Shown: positions 36,968 to 46,562 of the stretch, piece after piece | How the letters are laid out: each line of letters starts with the position of its first letter | Position numbering within the stretch: the stretch's first letter is position 1 | From: Patescibacteria group bacterium | GTDB taxonomy: Bacteria > Patescibacteriota > Microgenomatia > UBA1406 > GWC2-37-13 | Direction: 5' to 3' | Assembly: GCA_025057905.1 (NCBI GenBank) | Contig: JANWUX010000001.1 | Span: forward strand, 20,155 to 84,154 | DNA: 64,000 bases | The notes under the pieces: model-generated | What the model was told of the DNA's origin: nothing | The model's database searches: none | What the model saw: the letters and a program-made list of their open reading frames with translations, nothing else | Position numbers and translations under genes: made by a program

Positions 36968-38495
36968 AATCATTGACAACAATCTTCTTCGATGGTTGTT
37001 TATTGGTTTTATTTTTATTGTTCCCCTTTGGCCAAAGCTGCCTCTTCGGATGATCAACTACACTTATATTGCCATCAGAGCCGAAGATCTCTATCTCAGT
37101 CTTCTTGCGGCTGTTTTTCTGATCCAGGTAATTAGGCGAAGAGTCTCTCTAAACAGGCAGTTTTTGATTCTATTTCTTATTTTTTGGTTCTTTGTCTTTC
37201 TTTCTTTTGCTTGGAATACCTTTGTCACCAAGACAATTGAACATCTTCATCTTGGCCTGCTTCATTCTCTAAGACGCGTTGAGTACATGATCGTTTTTTT
37301 TATTGGTCTTTCTCTTATCAAAAACAAAAATGACTTCTTTCAGATGATGAGATACTTTTTTGTTGCCATCTTTCTAGTTTGTCTTTATGGCCTAGGCCAG
37401 AAATTCCTTAACTTCCCAGCTGTTCAAACAATGAATCCTGAATATGCCAAAGGCTATTTGCTTTATTTAACACCTGAAGCTCGGATCTCTTCCACCTTTG
37501 CTGGTCACTATGATCTAGCCTCCTATCTTGTTTTTTTTATCCCACTAGTTCTTAGCTTTTACCTTTTTAGAAATCAGCGTCGGTATCTGGCGCTTTTTTT
37601 TCTGTGTTTATTGATTCTTATCTACACTGTCTCCCGGATTTCCTTCATTGCTTATATTCTGACTGTTTTTTCATTTTTGATTCTTCTCAAGAAATTTCGG
37701 CTATCTTTAACTATCTTTGTTCTCACCGTCATTTTGATAACGGCTACTGGAGAGATGACTGAGAGATTTTTGAGAACTTTTCAGATCAGAACTATCTTGG
37801 TTGATGAAAAAACTGGTGCTGTCTATATTGGCCAAAAAATCACCACAAAAGAACTGCCCGCCGGGACATTTTACCTCAAGCTGGGTCAACAGGAGCAAAA
37901 GGCTTTAGCAAAGATAAAACAAGAAATAAAAAAAGTGCCAAACCGAAACAAGGAGGAATTTAACATTGAAACCTTTAAACAAGAGATCATCCAAAAAAAA
38001 ATTCAGGAAGCTGCTGCAACTGGAAAAATCACCGAAGAAAAAAAAGAGGTGTACATCGCCACTCTTTCGGCTAACATCAAGCCGGTTAATACCATAGTTT
38101 CCGACATCTCTTTTGCCACTCGTCTCCAGATCGAGTGGCCAAGAGCCATAAACGCCTTGATGAAAAATCCTTTTTTGGGCACTGGCCCCTCGTCTCTGAC
38201 TGAAGCCACCGACAATGACTATCTTCGTTGGCTGGGTGAGTTTGGTCTTTTGGGAACTTTAAGTTTTTTCCTGATTTTGTTCTTCATCTTAAAAGAAACA
38301 TTTCTATCTTTAAAAAACAAATTTCAAGACCAAAATCTTCTTCTAGCCGGCTTTGCCTTCGGTCTGGGTGCCCTTCTTGTCAATGCCACCTACATTGATG
38401 TTTTTGAGGCCTCCAAGGTTGCCTTCACTTTTTGGATGATAGCTGGCCTTTTAGTAGGTTTTAGAAAATTAGCTATAAAAAATGAAAGTCATTGA
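36921..38495 (+). CDS. O-antigen ligase/polymerase-like membrane protein (Wzy_C family) with a long charged insert
   Basis: 524-aa polytopic protein. The Wzy_C-like loop is ATRLQIEWPRAINALMKNPFLGTGPSSLTEATDNDYLRWLGEFGLLG. A Lys/Glu-rich insert of about 130 aa (residues about 285-410) precedes it. Confidence 0.6.
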   Translation: MTILSKLMKELGKLFKIIDNNLLRWLFIGFIFIVPLWPKLPLRMINYTYIAIRAEDLYLSLLAAVFLIQVIRRRVSLNRQFLILFLIFWFFVFLSFAWNTFVTKTIEHLHLGLLHSLRRVEYMIVFFIGLSLIKNKNDFFQMMRYFFVAIFLVCLYGLGQKFLNFPAVQTMNPEYAKGYLLYLTPEARISSTFAGHYDLASYLVFFIPLVLSFYLFRNQRRYLALFFLCLLILIYTVSRISFIAYILTVFSFLILLKKFRLSLTIFVLTVILITATGEMTERFLRTFQIRTILVDEKTGAVYIGQKITTKELPAGTFYLKLGQQEQKALAKIKQEIKKVPNRNKEEFNIETFKQEIIQKKIQEAAATGKITEEKKEVYIATLSANIKPVNTIVSDISFATRLQIEWPRAINALMKNPFLGTGPSSLTEATDNDYLRWLGEFGLLGTLSFFLILFFILKETFLSLKNKFQDQNLLLAGFAFGLGALLVNATYIDVFEASKVAFTFWMIAGLLVGFRKLAIKNESH

Positions 38496-39924
38496 CTATT
38501 TTCTGGTTAGTCTTATTATTTTCCTCGGTTTGCTCTTTCGTTTTTATAAAATTGATATTCCCTTAGCTGATTTTCATTCCTGGCGCCAGACCGATACCGC
38601 CGCTGTCGCCAAAATCTTCCTTCAAGAAGACTTCAATCTTCTTAAACCAAGATATTTTGATCTCTCGAGCATTCAATCAGGGAAAGAGAATCCCCAGGGA
38701 TGGCGGATGGTTGAATTTCCAGTCTACAACGCTATCTTTGCCTTTCTTCACAAGAATTTATCATTTATCTCGCTTGAGATTTGGGGAAGACTAACATCAA
38801 TTTTCTTCAGTCTTGTGATTATTTTTCTCGTTTATTATTTTTTGCTAAAGGAAAAGAATCGATGGGCTGCAGTTTTTGGAGCTCTTGTTTATGCCATTAT
38901 GCCCTTTTTTGTTTTCTATAGTCGGGTGATTCTTCCGGAAACAACCGCTCTTGGTTTTTCGGTACTGGCGATATTCTTTCTCTATCTTTTCAACCAGCGC
39001 CGAGCTAAAGGAATATTTTTAAATATTATTCTTTACTGCCTGTCAGCGATTTTTTTTAGCCTTGGATTGCTTGCCAAACCAACAACTATTTTTTTCATTT
39101 TTCCTCTTCTTTACCTCTTTTTTAAGCGAGAAGGATTAACTTTTCTTAGAAAATTATCTTTTTACTTCTATGTTCTTCTTTCCTTGACGCCATTTTTTCT
39201 TTGGCGACTACACATCAGGAATTTCCCAGAGGGCATTCCGGCTAGTGACTGGTTGATCGCCAGTGCCCACACCCCGGCAGGACTGGAATCAATCTTCTTT
39301 CGGCCAGCATTCTTCCGCTGGATTTTTTTGGAGCGAATCAACAACTTGATTCTTGGTGGCTACCTGAGTTTTTTCCTGATTTTGGGAATAATCAGCCGAG
39401 CAAAAAAGAAGTTTCTTCATTCATTTTTGGTTGCTTCCCTTGGTTATCTTTTCACTTTTCAGGGAGGTAATGTTCAGCACGACTATTACCAAACTTTAAT
39501 CTTGCCAACCCTGGCCATCTTCTGTGGCTTAGGAGTGGCTTTTATTCTTGAAAACAGAAAAGTTTTTAGTCCCTTTCTTGCTGGCTTGATGATTTTCTTT
39601 ATCATCTGCGCTTCTTGGGCTTTTTCTTTTTTTGAGGTCAGAAATCATTATCACTATTCAGTTTCACTAATTCAGCAAGCTAACTTAATTAAAACTCTTA
39701 CCGCGCCGGAGAGCAAGATTGTTGTTGATAGATTTGGCGACACCACTCTTTTATACCTCTCGGAACGAAAAGGAGCTCCAGCAATTTACAAAGATCCAGA
39801 AACCTTAAAAAAACTTGGCTATCAGTTCCTGGCGACTTCCAACAGACAGACAATTGAAGAACTAAAGAAAAAATACCCTGTGATTTTCGAAAATGAAAAT
39901 TTTTCTCTGTTTAAGCTTCAATGA
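38482..39924 (+). CDS. GT-C fold glycosyltransferase (ArnT/PMT_2-like)
   Basis: 480 aa with about 11-12 TM helices. The first loop, DFHSWRQTDTAAVAK, is typical of the ArnT/dolichyl-phosphate-mannose transferase family. Confidence 0.6.
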   Translation: MKVIDYFLVSLIIFLGLLFRFYKIDIPLADFHSWRQTDTAAVAKIFLQEDFNLLKPRYFDLSSIQSGKENPQGWRMVEFPVYNAIFAFLHKNLSFISLEIWGRLTSIFFSLVIIFLVYYFLLKEKNRWAAVFGALVYAIMPFFVFYSRVILPETTALGFSVLAIFFLYLFNQRRAKGIFLNIILYCLSAIFFSLGLLAKPTTIFFIFPLLYLFFKREGLTFLRKLSFYFYVLLSLTPFFLWRLHIRNFPEGIPASDWLIASAHTPAGLESIFFRPAFFRWIFLERINNLILGGYLSFFLILGIISRAKKKFLHSFLVASLGYLFTFQGGNVQHDYYQTLILPTLAIFCGLGVAFILENRKVFSPFLAGLMIFFIICASWAFSFFEVRNHYHYSVSLIQQANLIKTLTAPESKIVVDRFGDTTLLYLSERKGAPAIYKDPETLKKLGYQFLATSNRQTIEELKKKYPVIFENENFSLFKLQ

Positions 39925-41135
39925 AAATCCTCATGCTAACTCCTTACGTTCCCTATCCTCCGTCTTCAGGGGGACAGATAAGAACCTTTAATCTCCTCAA
40001 GTACCTTTCCAAAAGTCACCAAGTTCATCTTGTGTGCCTGTACAAAAGTGATCAAGAGAAAAACTATCAGAAAAATCTTCAATCTTTGTGCAAAAAGATC
40101 TATTTTTGTCGCCGGTCGTCAAGGCCGTTTACGATCTCTAACGTTTTCAAAGCCATCTTTTCGACTTCACCGTTTCTGGTTGTCAGAAATTATTCTAAAG
40201 AGGCAAGAGACTTGTTAAAAACTCTCCTTGCCAAAGAAAACTTCGATATCATTCATGCGGAAACTTTTTACGTTATGCCCCACCTGCCAGAAACAACGAT
40301 TCCGATATTTCTTTTGGAACAAACAATTGAGTACCGAGTCTATCAGCATTTTGTCAACTCTCTCCCTTTTTTTGTCCGATGGCTTTTTTCTCTTGACATC
40401 AACAAACTCAAAAATACAGAAATTCACTTTTGGAAAAAGGCGACCAAAGTGGGCACTGTTTCTGAAGAAGATGCCAGAATCATTAGCTCTCACCTTCCAG
40501 CCATCATGCCCGTTATCGTTCCAAATGGCGCCGGTGAGGATCTTTTTGTAAAAAAACTGCTGGAAAAAGATTTTAGTCAGCCAATCGCTCTTTTTGTCGG
40601 CAACTTTTCCTGGCTTCAGAATATTGAGGCAGCCTGGTATCTGATCGAAAAAATCTACCCCATTGCAAAAAAAACCACTAATTTTAAGTTCATCATTGCC
40701 GGCCAGAATTTATCTCACAAACTGACTCAAAAAAGTGAGGAGAAATTATTGATTCTTAATATAAACTCAAACAACCAAAAGCTGATTAAAAAACTTTATG
40801 ACCAAGCAACGGTATTTATCGCCCCGATCTTTGGTCCGGGCGGAACTCGTCTCAAGATTTTGGGAGCCATGGCCACTGGTCTACCTATCATTTCAACAAA
40901 GATTGGCGTCAATGGCTTGGAAGTAAAAGCAGACCAGGAAGTGCTCTTGGCCGAAACTCCAGAAGAGTTTGTAAGTCAAATGATGAAAATCATCATAGAT
41001 AAAGATCTTTATCAAAAAGTAAGAATAAATGCTCATAATCTTGTCAAGAAAAAGTACAGCTGGCCCCTAATTGCCGATCGGCTTGAGGGAGTCTACTATA
41101 ATATCAAGTATGAAAATTGGCGTCGACGGGAATGA
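39921..41135 (+). CDS. Family 4 (GT-B) glycosyltransferase
   Basis: 404 aa with MKILMLTPYVPYPPSSGGQIR and the C-terminal donor-binding region GGTRLKILGAMATGLPIIST. Confidence 0.8.
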   Translation: MKILMLTPYVPYPPSSGGQIRTFNLLKYLSKSHQVHLVCLYKSDQEKNYQKNLQSLCKKIYFCRRSSRPFTISNVFKAIFSTSPFLVVRNYSKEARDLLKTLLAKENFDIIHAETFYVMPHLPETTIPIFLLEQTIEYRVYQHFVNSLPFFVRWLFSLDINKLKNTEIHFWKKATKVGTVSEEDARIISSHLPAIMPVIVPNGAGEDLFVKKLLEKDFSQPIALFVGNFSWLQNIEAAWYLIEKIYPIAKKTTNFKFIIAGQNLSHKLTQKSEEKLLILNINSNNQKLIKKLYDQATVFIAPIFGPGGTRLKILGAMATGLPIISTKIGVNGLEVKADQEVLLAETPEEFVSQMMKIIIDKDLYQKVRINAHNLVKKKYSWPLIADRLEGVYYNIKYENWRRRE

Positions 41136-42228
41136 GGCCAATGTCGAAGAAAAAGTTGGTGTCTCCGTCTACACCCTCAATCTTTTAAAATACTTTCGCC
41201 AGAGAGCTAAAAAAGAGCTTCAGTTTACCGTCTATCTCAAATCTTATCCCAGAAAAGACTTGCCGGCCTCCTCTCCTTTCTTTCGCTATGAAGTTATCAA
41301 GGGAAAATGTCTTTGGTCGCAGGTTTTTTTGCCGATAGCTCTTTTTCGAAAAAAAGAACTTGACGTCTTCTTCTCACCCGCTCATTACCTACCTAGATTT
41401 TTGTCCTTTCCCAGCGTTGTCACCATTCATGATCTTTCCTTCATCTTCTACCCCAAAGATTTCTTGATCAAAGATCTAATTCAGCTTCGCCATTGGACAA
41501 GCTATTCAGTCAGAAAAGCAACAAAAGTAATCGCCGTCTCTCAAACAACTAAAAAAGATCTGCTGAGAGTCTACCGTTTACCAGAAAAAAAAATTCAAGT
41601 TATTTACAACGGCTTTGAAAAGAGACCAAACGGTAAGTCTGAAGAATTAATTCTCAAAGATCGTCGCCGAAGATTACGACCTTTCCTTCTCTATGTCGGA
41701 ACGCTTCAGCCAAGAAAAAACCTATCCGCTCTAATTCTTGCTTTTGAAAAACTCAAATATCTTTACCCGGAGTTTGAACTAATCATTGCCGGCAAAAAAG
41801 GCTGGCTCTATCATAAGATATTCACTCTTGTTAGCCAACTTGGCTTGGAAAAAGACGTATACTTCACTGACTACATTAGCGACAATCAGCTCATTTACCT
41901 TTATAAAAATGCCTTTTGTTTTGTCCTGCCCTCTTTTTATGAGGGATTTGGAATTCCGATTCTTGAGGCAATGAGCTATGGTTGTCCAGTAATTGCCTCT
42001 TTCAGTTCATCACTGCCGGAAGTTGGCGCCGATGCCTGCCTTTATTTTGACCCAACCAATCCTTTAAGTTTGTTTGAGAAAATAAAATCTTTGATTGAAC
42101 AGCCAGCTCTGAGGGAAACGCTGATCAAGAAAGGCTATCAACGAGTTAAGGAATTTTCTTGGGAAAAGTGCGGTCAGGTAACATTAACAGCAATCATTGA
42201 GACTGTCAAAGGAAAAAAAACCTCATAA
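41110..42228 (+). CDS. Family 4 (GT-B) glycosyltransferase
   Basis: Taken from ATG 41110 (MKIGVDGNEA). Motifs are GTLQPRKNL and PSFYEGFGIPILEAMSYGCPVIAS. Confidence 0.8.
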   Translation: MKIGVDGNEANVEEKVGVSVYTLNLLKYFRQRAKKELQFTVYLKSYPRKDLPASSPFFRYEVIKGKCLWSQVFLPIALFRKKELDVFFSPAHYLPRFLSFPSVVTIHDLSFIFYPKDFLIKDLIQLRHWTSYSVRKATKVIAVSQTTKKDLLRVYRLPEKKIQVIYNGFEKRPNGKSEELILKDRRRRLRPFLLYVGTLQPRKNLSALILAFEKLKYLYPEFELIIAGKKGWLYHKIFTLVSQLGLEKDVYFTDYISDNQLIYLYKNAFCFVLPSFYEGFGIPILEAMSYGCPVIASFSSSLPEVGADACLYFDPTNPLSLFEKIKSLIEQPALRETLIKKGYQRVKEFSWEKCGQVTLTAIIETVKGKKTS

Positions 42229-42236
42229 TCAAATCA

Positions 42237-43211
42237 ATGATCAGTCAAGTTCAATCTCATCCTCTTCAATCAGAGTTTTGGGCCAAGGTTCGAAATCAGT
42301 TAGGGGTAGCGACCAAAAGAGTTAATGGTCTTCTTCTATCGATCCATCCTTTACCTCTAATAGATTATCGAGTAGGCTACCTGCCTCGATCAAAACTACC
42401 TTCAGCCGATGCCTTAAGAAAAATTTATCAGTTTGGAAGAGAATCAAAATTAATTTTTGTAAAGCTCGAACCCTATGAAGAAAAGAGCGTCGTTGATAGT
42501 GACCGGTGGTTGGAAGAGCTAAGATCTAGATATCATCTAGAAATCGTTCGCTCACGCCATTCTCTCTTTCCTCAATGGACTCAGATTCTCGATTTAAGAA
42601 AAACTGAGGTAGAGTTACTAAAAAACATGCATCCTAAAACTCGCTATAACATCCGGCTCGCCCAGAGAAAAGGGGTGATTGTTAAAGAGATGTCTAATGA
42701 AACTGGCTTTAAGATTTTTACTGATCTTTATTTTCAAACCAGCCGCCGTCAGGGTTACTTTGGCCACAACAAGGTTTATCATCAGGTCGTCTGGGCTAAC
42801 CTCAAAGGAAAGATTACTCACATCTTGGTGGCTTTTTTTAATGACTATCCTTTGGCGGCCTTTCAAATTTGGATTTATGAGAATGTTGCCTACTATGTTT
42901 ATGGAGGCAGCTCAAAAGAGCATCGAAATCTAATGGGCTCGAACTTGCTGATGTGGGAGGCAGTCAGATTTGCCAAGGCCAAAGGAGCAAAGATGTTTGA
43001 TCTGTGGGGATCTCTGCCCCCGGACTATCACCCAGATCATCCCTGGGCAGGCTTTACCCGGTTTAAGAGCGGTTATGGAACAACCTTTATCGAGCTAGTA
43101 GGCAGTTTTGATCTGATTATTAGGAAAAATCTTTATCGTTTTTTTTCTCTTAGTTTTCAATTTAGGAACTTGATTCTTAAAAAGATCGGTCACCAACTGA
43201 GCTTTTCCTAG
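42237..43211 (+). CDS. FemAB-family peptidoglycan bridge-forming aminoacyl transferase
   Basis: 324 aa with HPKTRYNIRLAQRKGV, YYVYGGSS and GAKMFDLWG, in a GNAT-like twin-domain pattern. Confidence 0.7.
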   Translation: MISQVQSHPLQSEFWAKVRNQLGVATKRVNGLLLSIHPLPLIDYRVGYLPRSKLPSADALRKIYQFGRESKLIFVKLEPYEEKSVVDSDRWLEELRSRYHLEIVRSRHSLFPQWTQILDLRKTEVELLKNMHPKTRYNIRLAQRKGVIVKEMSNETGFKIFTDLYFQTSRRQGYFGHNKVYHQVVWANLKGKITHILVAFFNDYPLAAFQIWIYENVAYYVYGGSSKEHRNLMGSNLLMWEAVRFAKAKGAKMFDLWGSLPPDYHPDHPWAGFTRFKSGYGTTFIELVGSFDLIIRKNLYRFFSLSFQFRNLILKKIGHQLSFS

Positions 43212-45564
43212 AAACAATCGCTTCTTTTAAAGCCACCTTCAAAACCTGATCAACATGGGTGACATAAACAAACTTAAGATCTTCAAGAACATACGACGGA
43301 ATGTCCTCTAAATCTTTCTTGTTGTCTTTGGGAAGAATCACAGTTTTGATTCCGGCTCGGTGAGCGGCAATCACCTTTTCTTTCACCCCGCCGATTTCAA
43401 GAACTCGGCCCCGAAGAGTAATCTCCCCAGTCATCGCCACCCTTCTGTCAGTCGAAATCTTCGTCAAAGCTGAAACCATTGCTGTCACGATGGCTAATCC
43501 AGCCGACGGTCCATCTTTGGGGACCGCACCTTCAGGGACATGAACGTGGAGGTCAATTTTTTGAAATAATTTTTCCGGAAGGTTAAATTGCTGATAGCGG
43601 GAGCGAATATAAGAAAGAGCTGCTTGACATGACTCTTTCATCACCTCGCCTAAATGACCAGTAAGGGTTAGACCGCCTTTTCCTGGCATGACAACCACTT
43701 CAATGAAAAGAATATCGCCGCCGGCCTGGGTCCAGGCTAAGCCCGTGGCAATACCCACATTGTCTCTTTCCTCAATCATTTGAGAGGAGTATTTGTATGG
43801 ACCCAGGAACTTAGTTAGATTGTTGGCGGTGACGATTTTCCGCTGATATTTTTTCTCAACGATGCCCCGGGCAACTTTCCTCATAATCGTCCCAATCTGT
43901 CTTTCTAGCTCTCTGACCCCGGCCTCACGCGTGTAGCGGCGAATAAGATTTTTTATTGCCTTACCAGTGATCTTGAGTTCTTTCTCGTTGAGGCCGTTAA
44001 CTTCCAGTTGCTTGCGTATCAGGTAGCTTTTGGCAATGTGAAACTTTTCATCTTCAGTGTAGCCGGGGAAATTAATCACTTCTAGCCTATCAAGAAGCGC
44101 CGGTGGTATAGTGTCAAGAATATTAGCGGTGGTGATGAAGAAAACCTCTGACAAATCAAAAGGCACCTCCAAATAATGATCCGAGAATGAATGATTTTGT
44201 TCCGGATCTAGAGCTTCAAGAAGTGCTGCTGAGGGATCGCCCCGGTAATCCCGACCAATCTTGTCAATTTCATCCAGCATAAAGACTGGATTTTTTGTCC
44301 CGACCTGCTTTATCCCTTGAATGATTCGACCAGGCAAGGCACCAACATAAGTTCGGCGATGACCCCGAATCTCTGCTTCATCTCTTATTCCACCTAAAGA
44401 GACTTTGACGAACTTTCTTCCGAGAGCTCTAGCAATTGACCTTCCCAGAGAAGTTTTACCGACGCCTGGTGGGCCAACAAAACAGATAATAGTCGGCTGT
44501 CTTGTCTTTTTAAGGTCTTTGCGATTTTTTTTTAGCTCAAGAACTGCTAAATACTCGAGAATTCTCTCTTTTACTTTTTTTAGACCGTAGTGATCCTCAT
44601 TGAGAATTTTTTCAGCTTTATTGATATCAATCTTGCTTGCCGAAGAAATCGACCAGGGAAGTTCAATCAGCCAATCGAGGTAAGTTCGAATATAAGAGGT
44701 TTCCGGATTAAATTGAGACATTTGGCGAAGTCGTTTCAACTCTTTCATCGCTTTCTTTTCTACCTCAGTCGGCATCTTGGCTTTTTTTATCTTCTCTTCG
44801 TACTCATTTATCTCTTTCTGGTCTTCTTTCTCCCCTAATTCTTCCTCGATCATCCTCATCTTTTCTCGAAGAATGTTCTCTCTAATCCCCTGCTCAAATC
44901 TTTTTTGAGTTTTTGAGGACAGCTTCTGTTCAATCTCAAGAATCTTGACTTCCCGGCTTAGATAGTCAACCTCTTTCTTTAGCCGCTCATTTATATCACT
45001 TTCCTCAAGAAGCTTCTGTCTCTCATGAGGTTTAATATCAAGGACCACAGCCATTTGATTAGCAAAGATTGCTGGATTATTGATATTAAGAAGGTTCATC
45101 AAAAAAACAAAATCAATCGATTTACCAAGATTAATTGCTTCTTTGATCTTGGACGAGAGAAACTTAACCATCGCCTCAACTTCTTCATCGACCTTCAGAT
45201 TATCCTTGACAATCTCAAAGCTACCTTCAAAATAATCATCTTCCCGGGTAAAGTTTACTAGCTTGACCTTCTCTAGACCTTTGACTAAGGTATTTATCTC
45301 TCCCTTCTCGCCGTAGGCGACTTTTTCTATAGAAACTAAAACACCGATTTGATAAAGATCTTCTTTCTTGGGATTTTCCTGCTCGGGATTTTTTTGAAGG
45401 AGAAGAACGAGTTTTTTTTCTCCCTTGAGAGCCTGATTGATTGCGTTGACACTCTTGGGACGGCCAAAAACAAGGACGTTTTCTGTACCTGGGAAAACAA
45501 CTGTGTCACGAACGGCTGAAATCAAAAAAACAGATCTCTGTGGCGCTCCAAGTAAAAATGACAT
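43177..45564 (-). CDS. lon: ATP-dependent Lon protease (LonA)
   Basis: 795 aa with a LON N-domain, Walker A GPPGVGKTS, Walker B FMLDEIDK and the protease Ser motif DGPSAGLAI. Confidence 0.95.
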   Translation of the reverse strand: MSFLLGAPQRSVFLISAVRDTVVFPGTENVLVFGRPKSVNAINQALKGEKKLVLLLQKNPEQENPKKEDLYQIGVLVSIEKVAYGEKGEINTLVKGLEKVKLVNFTREDDYFEGSFEIVKDNLKVDEEVEAMVKFLSSKIKEAINLGKSIDFVFLMNLLNINNPAIFANQMAVVLDIKPHERQKLLEESDINERLKKEVDYLSREVKILEIEQKLSSKTQKRFEQGIRENILREKMRMIEEELGEKEDQKEINEYEEKIKKAKMPTEVEKKAMKELKRLRQMSQFNPETSYIRTYLDWLIELPWSISSASKIDINKAEKILNEDHYGLKKVKERILEYLAVLELKKNRKDLKKTRQPTIICFVGPPGVGKTSLGRSIARALGRKFVKVSLGGIRDEAEIRGHRRTYVGALPGRIIQGIKQVGTKNPVFMLDEIDKIGRDYRGDPSAALLEALDPEQNHSFSDHYLEVPFDLSEVFFITTANILDTIPPALLDRLEVINFPGYTEDEKFHIAKSYLIRKQLEVNGLNEKELKITGKAIKNLIRRYTREAGVRELERQIGTIMRKVARGIVEKKYQRKIVTANNLTKFLGPYKYSSQMIEERDNVGIATGLAWTQAGGDILFIEVVVMPGKGGLTLTGHLGEVMKESCQAALSYIRSRYQQFNLPEKLFQKIDLHVHVPEGAVPKDGPSAGLAIVTAMVSALTKISTDRRVAMTGEITLRGRVLEIGGVKEKVIAAHRAGIKTVILPKDNKKDLEDIPSYVLEDLKFVYVTHVDQVLKVALKEAIVSRKSSVGDRSF

Positions 45565-45568
45565 GTTT

Positions 45569-45595
45569 TTAGCAGTATAACAAATTATCTGCTAA
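45569..45595. promoter_or_regulatory. CIRCE-like inverted repeat TTAGCAGTA-N9-ATCTGCTAA overlapping the lon promoter
   Basis: The arms TTAGCAG/CTGCTAA form a perfect 7-bp inverted repeat. The outer hexamers and the 9+9+9 geometry equal the CIRCE consensus TTAGCACTC-N9-GAGTGCTAA. The element lies 5-31 nt upstream of the lon ATG. Confidence 0.4.
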
Positions 45596-45602
45596 TTGTC
45601 AA
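45574..45602 (-). promoter_or_regulatory. Candidate lon promoter: -35 TTGACA, 17-nt spacer, -10 TATACT, 9 nt to the ATG
   Basis: The minus strand reads TTGACA-ATTAGCAGATAATTTGT-TATACT-GCTAAAAAC-ATG. Confidence 0.55.
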
Positions 45603-45690
45603 GTTAATTTTCTATAGGATATTCTCATAGTTAATTTAGGTTGTTTAATCACACCAAACAAAAAAAATGTTCAAAATTTTAACCTAAATT

Positions 45691-46545
45691 TCATTGGAAA
45701 AGATTTATCAGTCTGTCTAAATCTTTAAATTTTTCTTTTTCGATAAGAGGGACATCATCACTAAACTGGGGTAATTGATCGTGAAATGTTGGTTTTTCTA
45801 CTTGATAAATAATTCCCAATGGATACTTCTCCTCATTGTTCTCTAAACACTTTTTCAGAGCTAGACGATAGTCATCTTTGGTATGATCAAGACTAAGCTT
45901 GTAAGTGCGCTGAAAGTAGTACTCGTACGTGTTGACTTTGTTGAAAGTGATGCATGGTTGAAGAATGTTGACCAAAGAAAAACCACGATGACGAATTGCT
46001 AACTTAATTATCTCAATTAAATGAATAAGATCGCCAGAGAAGGCCTGAGCGACAAAAGTGGCTCCTTGGGTAAGAGCCAAAGCCAAAGGATTTATCGGTA
46101 TCTCAATCATTCCTTGCGGCGTTGATTTTGATTTAAAACCTTTAGGTGAAGTTGGAGCTGACTGGCCGGTGGTTAGTCCATAGACACTATTGTCGTGAAC
46201 AAGGACTGTGATATCGTGATTACCTCGGCAAGCATGAAGAAAATGATTGCCACCCTCGCCATAACAGTCTCCATCACCAACAATGGCAATCACCGGCAGT
46301 CGATGGTTGGCAAGCTTAACACCAATAGCATTGGGTAGAGCTCGGCCATGAAGAGAGTGAATCGCATAGGCATTAACGAAGTCATTCATATTACCACTGC
46401 AACCAACTCCAAAAACGATGACGACTTTATCAGGTGAATAACCCAGATCAACCAGAGCTTTTTTGATTGCCTGACCAATTGGCCAGTTGCCACAGCCGGG
46501 ACACCAAGTTGGCGGGTAACCGGCAAATTCCTGAATCGTTGTCAT
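45691..46545 (-). CDS. 2-oxoacid:ferredoxin oxidoreductase, beta (TPP-binding) subunit
   Basis: Motifs are WCPGCGNW and the TPP motif GDGDCYGEGGNH. Confidence 0.9.
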   Translation of the reverse strand: MTTIQEFAGYPPTWCPGCGNWPIGQAIKKALVDLGYSPDKVVIVFGVGCSGNMNDFVNAYAIHSLHGRALPNAIGVKLANHRLPVIAIVGDGDCYGEGGNHFLHACRGNHDITVLVHDNSVYGLTTGQSAPTSPKGFKSKSTPQGMIEIPINPLALALTQGATFVAQAFSGDLIHLIEIIKLAIRHRGFSLVNILQPCITFNKVNTYEYYFQRTYKLSLDHTKDDYRLALKKCLENNEEKYPLGIIYQVEKPTFHDQLPQFSDDVPLIEKEKFKDLDRLINLFQ

Positions 46546-46562
46546 ACGACCTTCAATCTATT

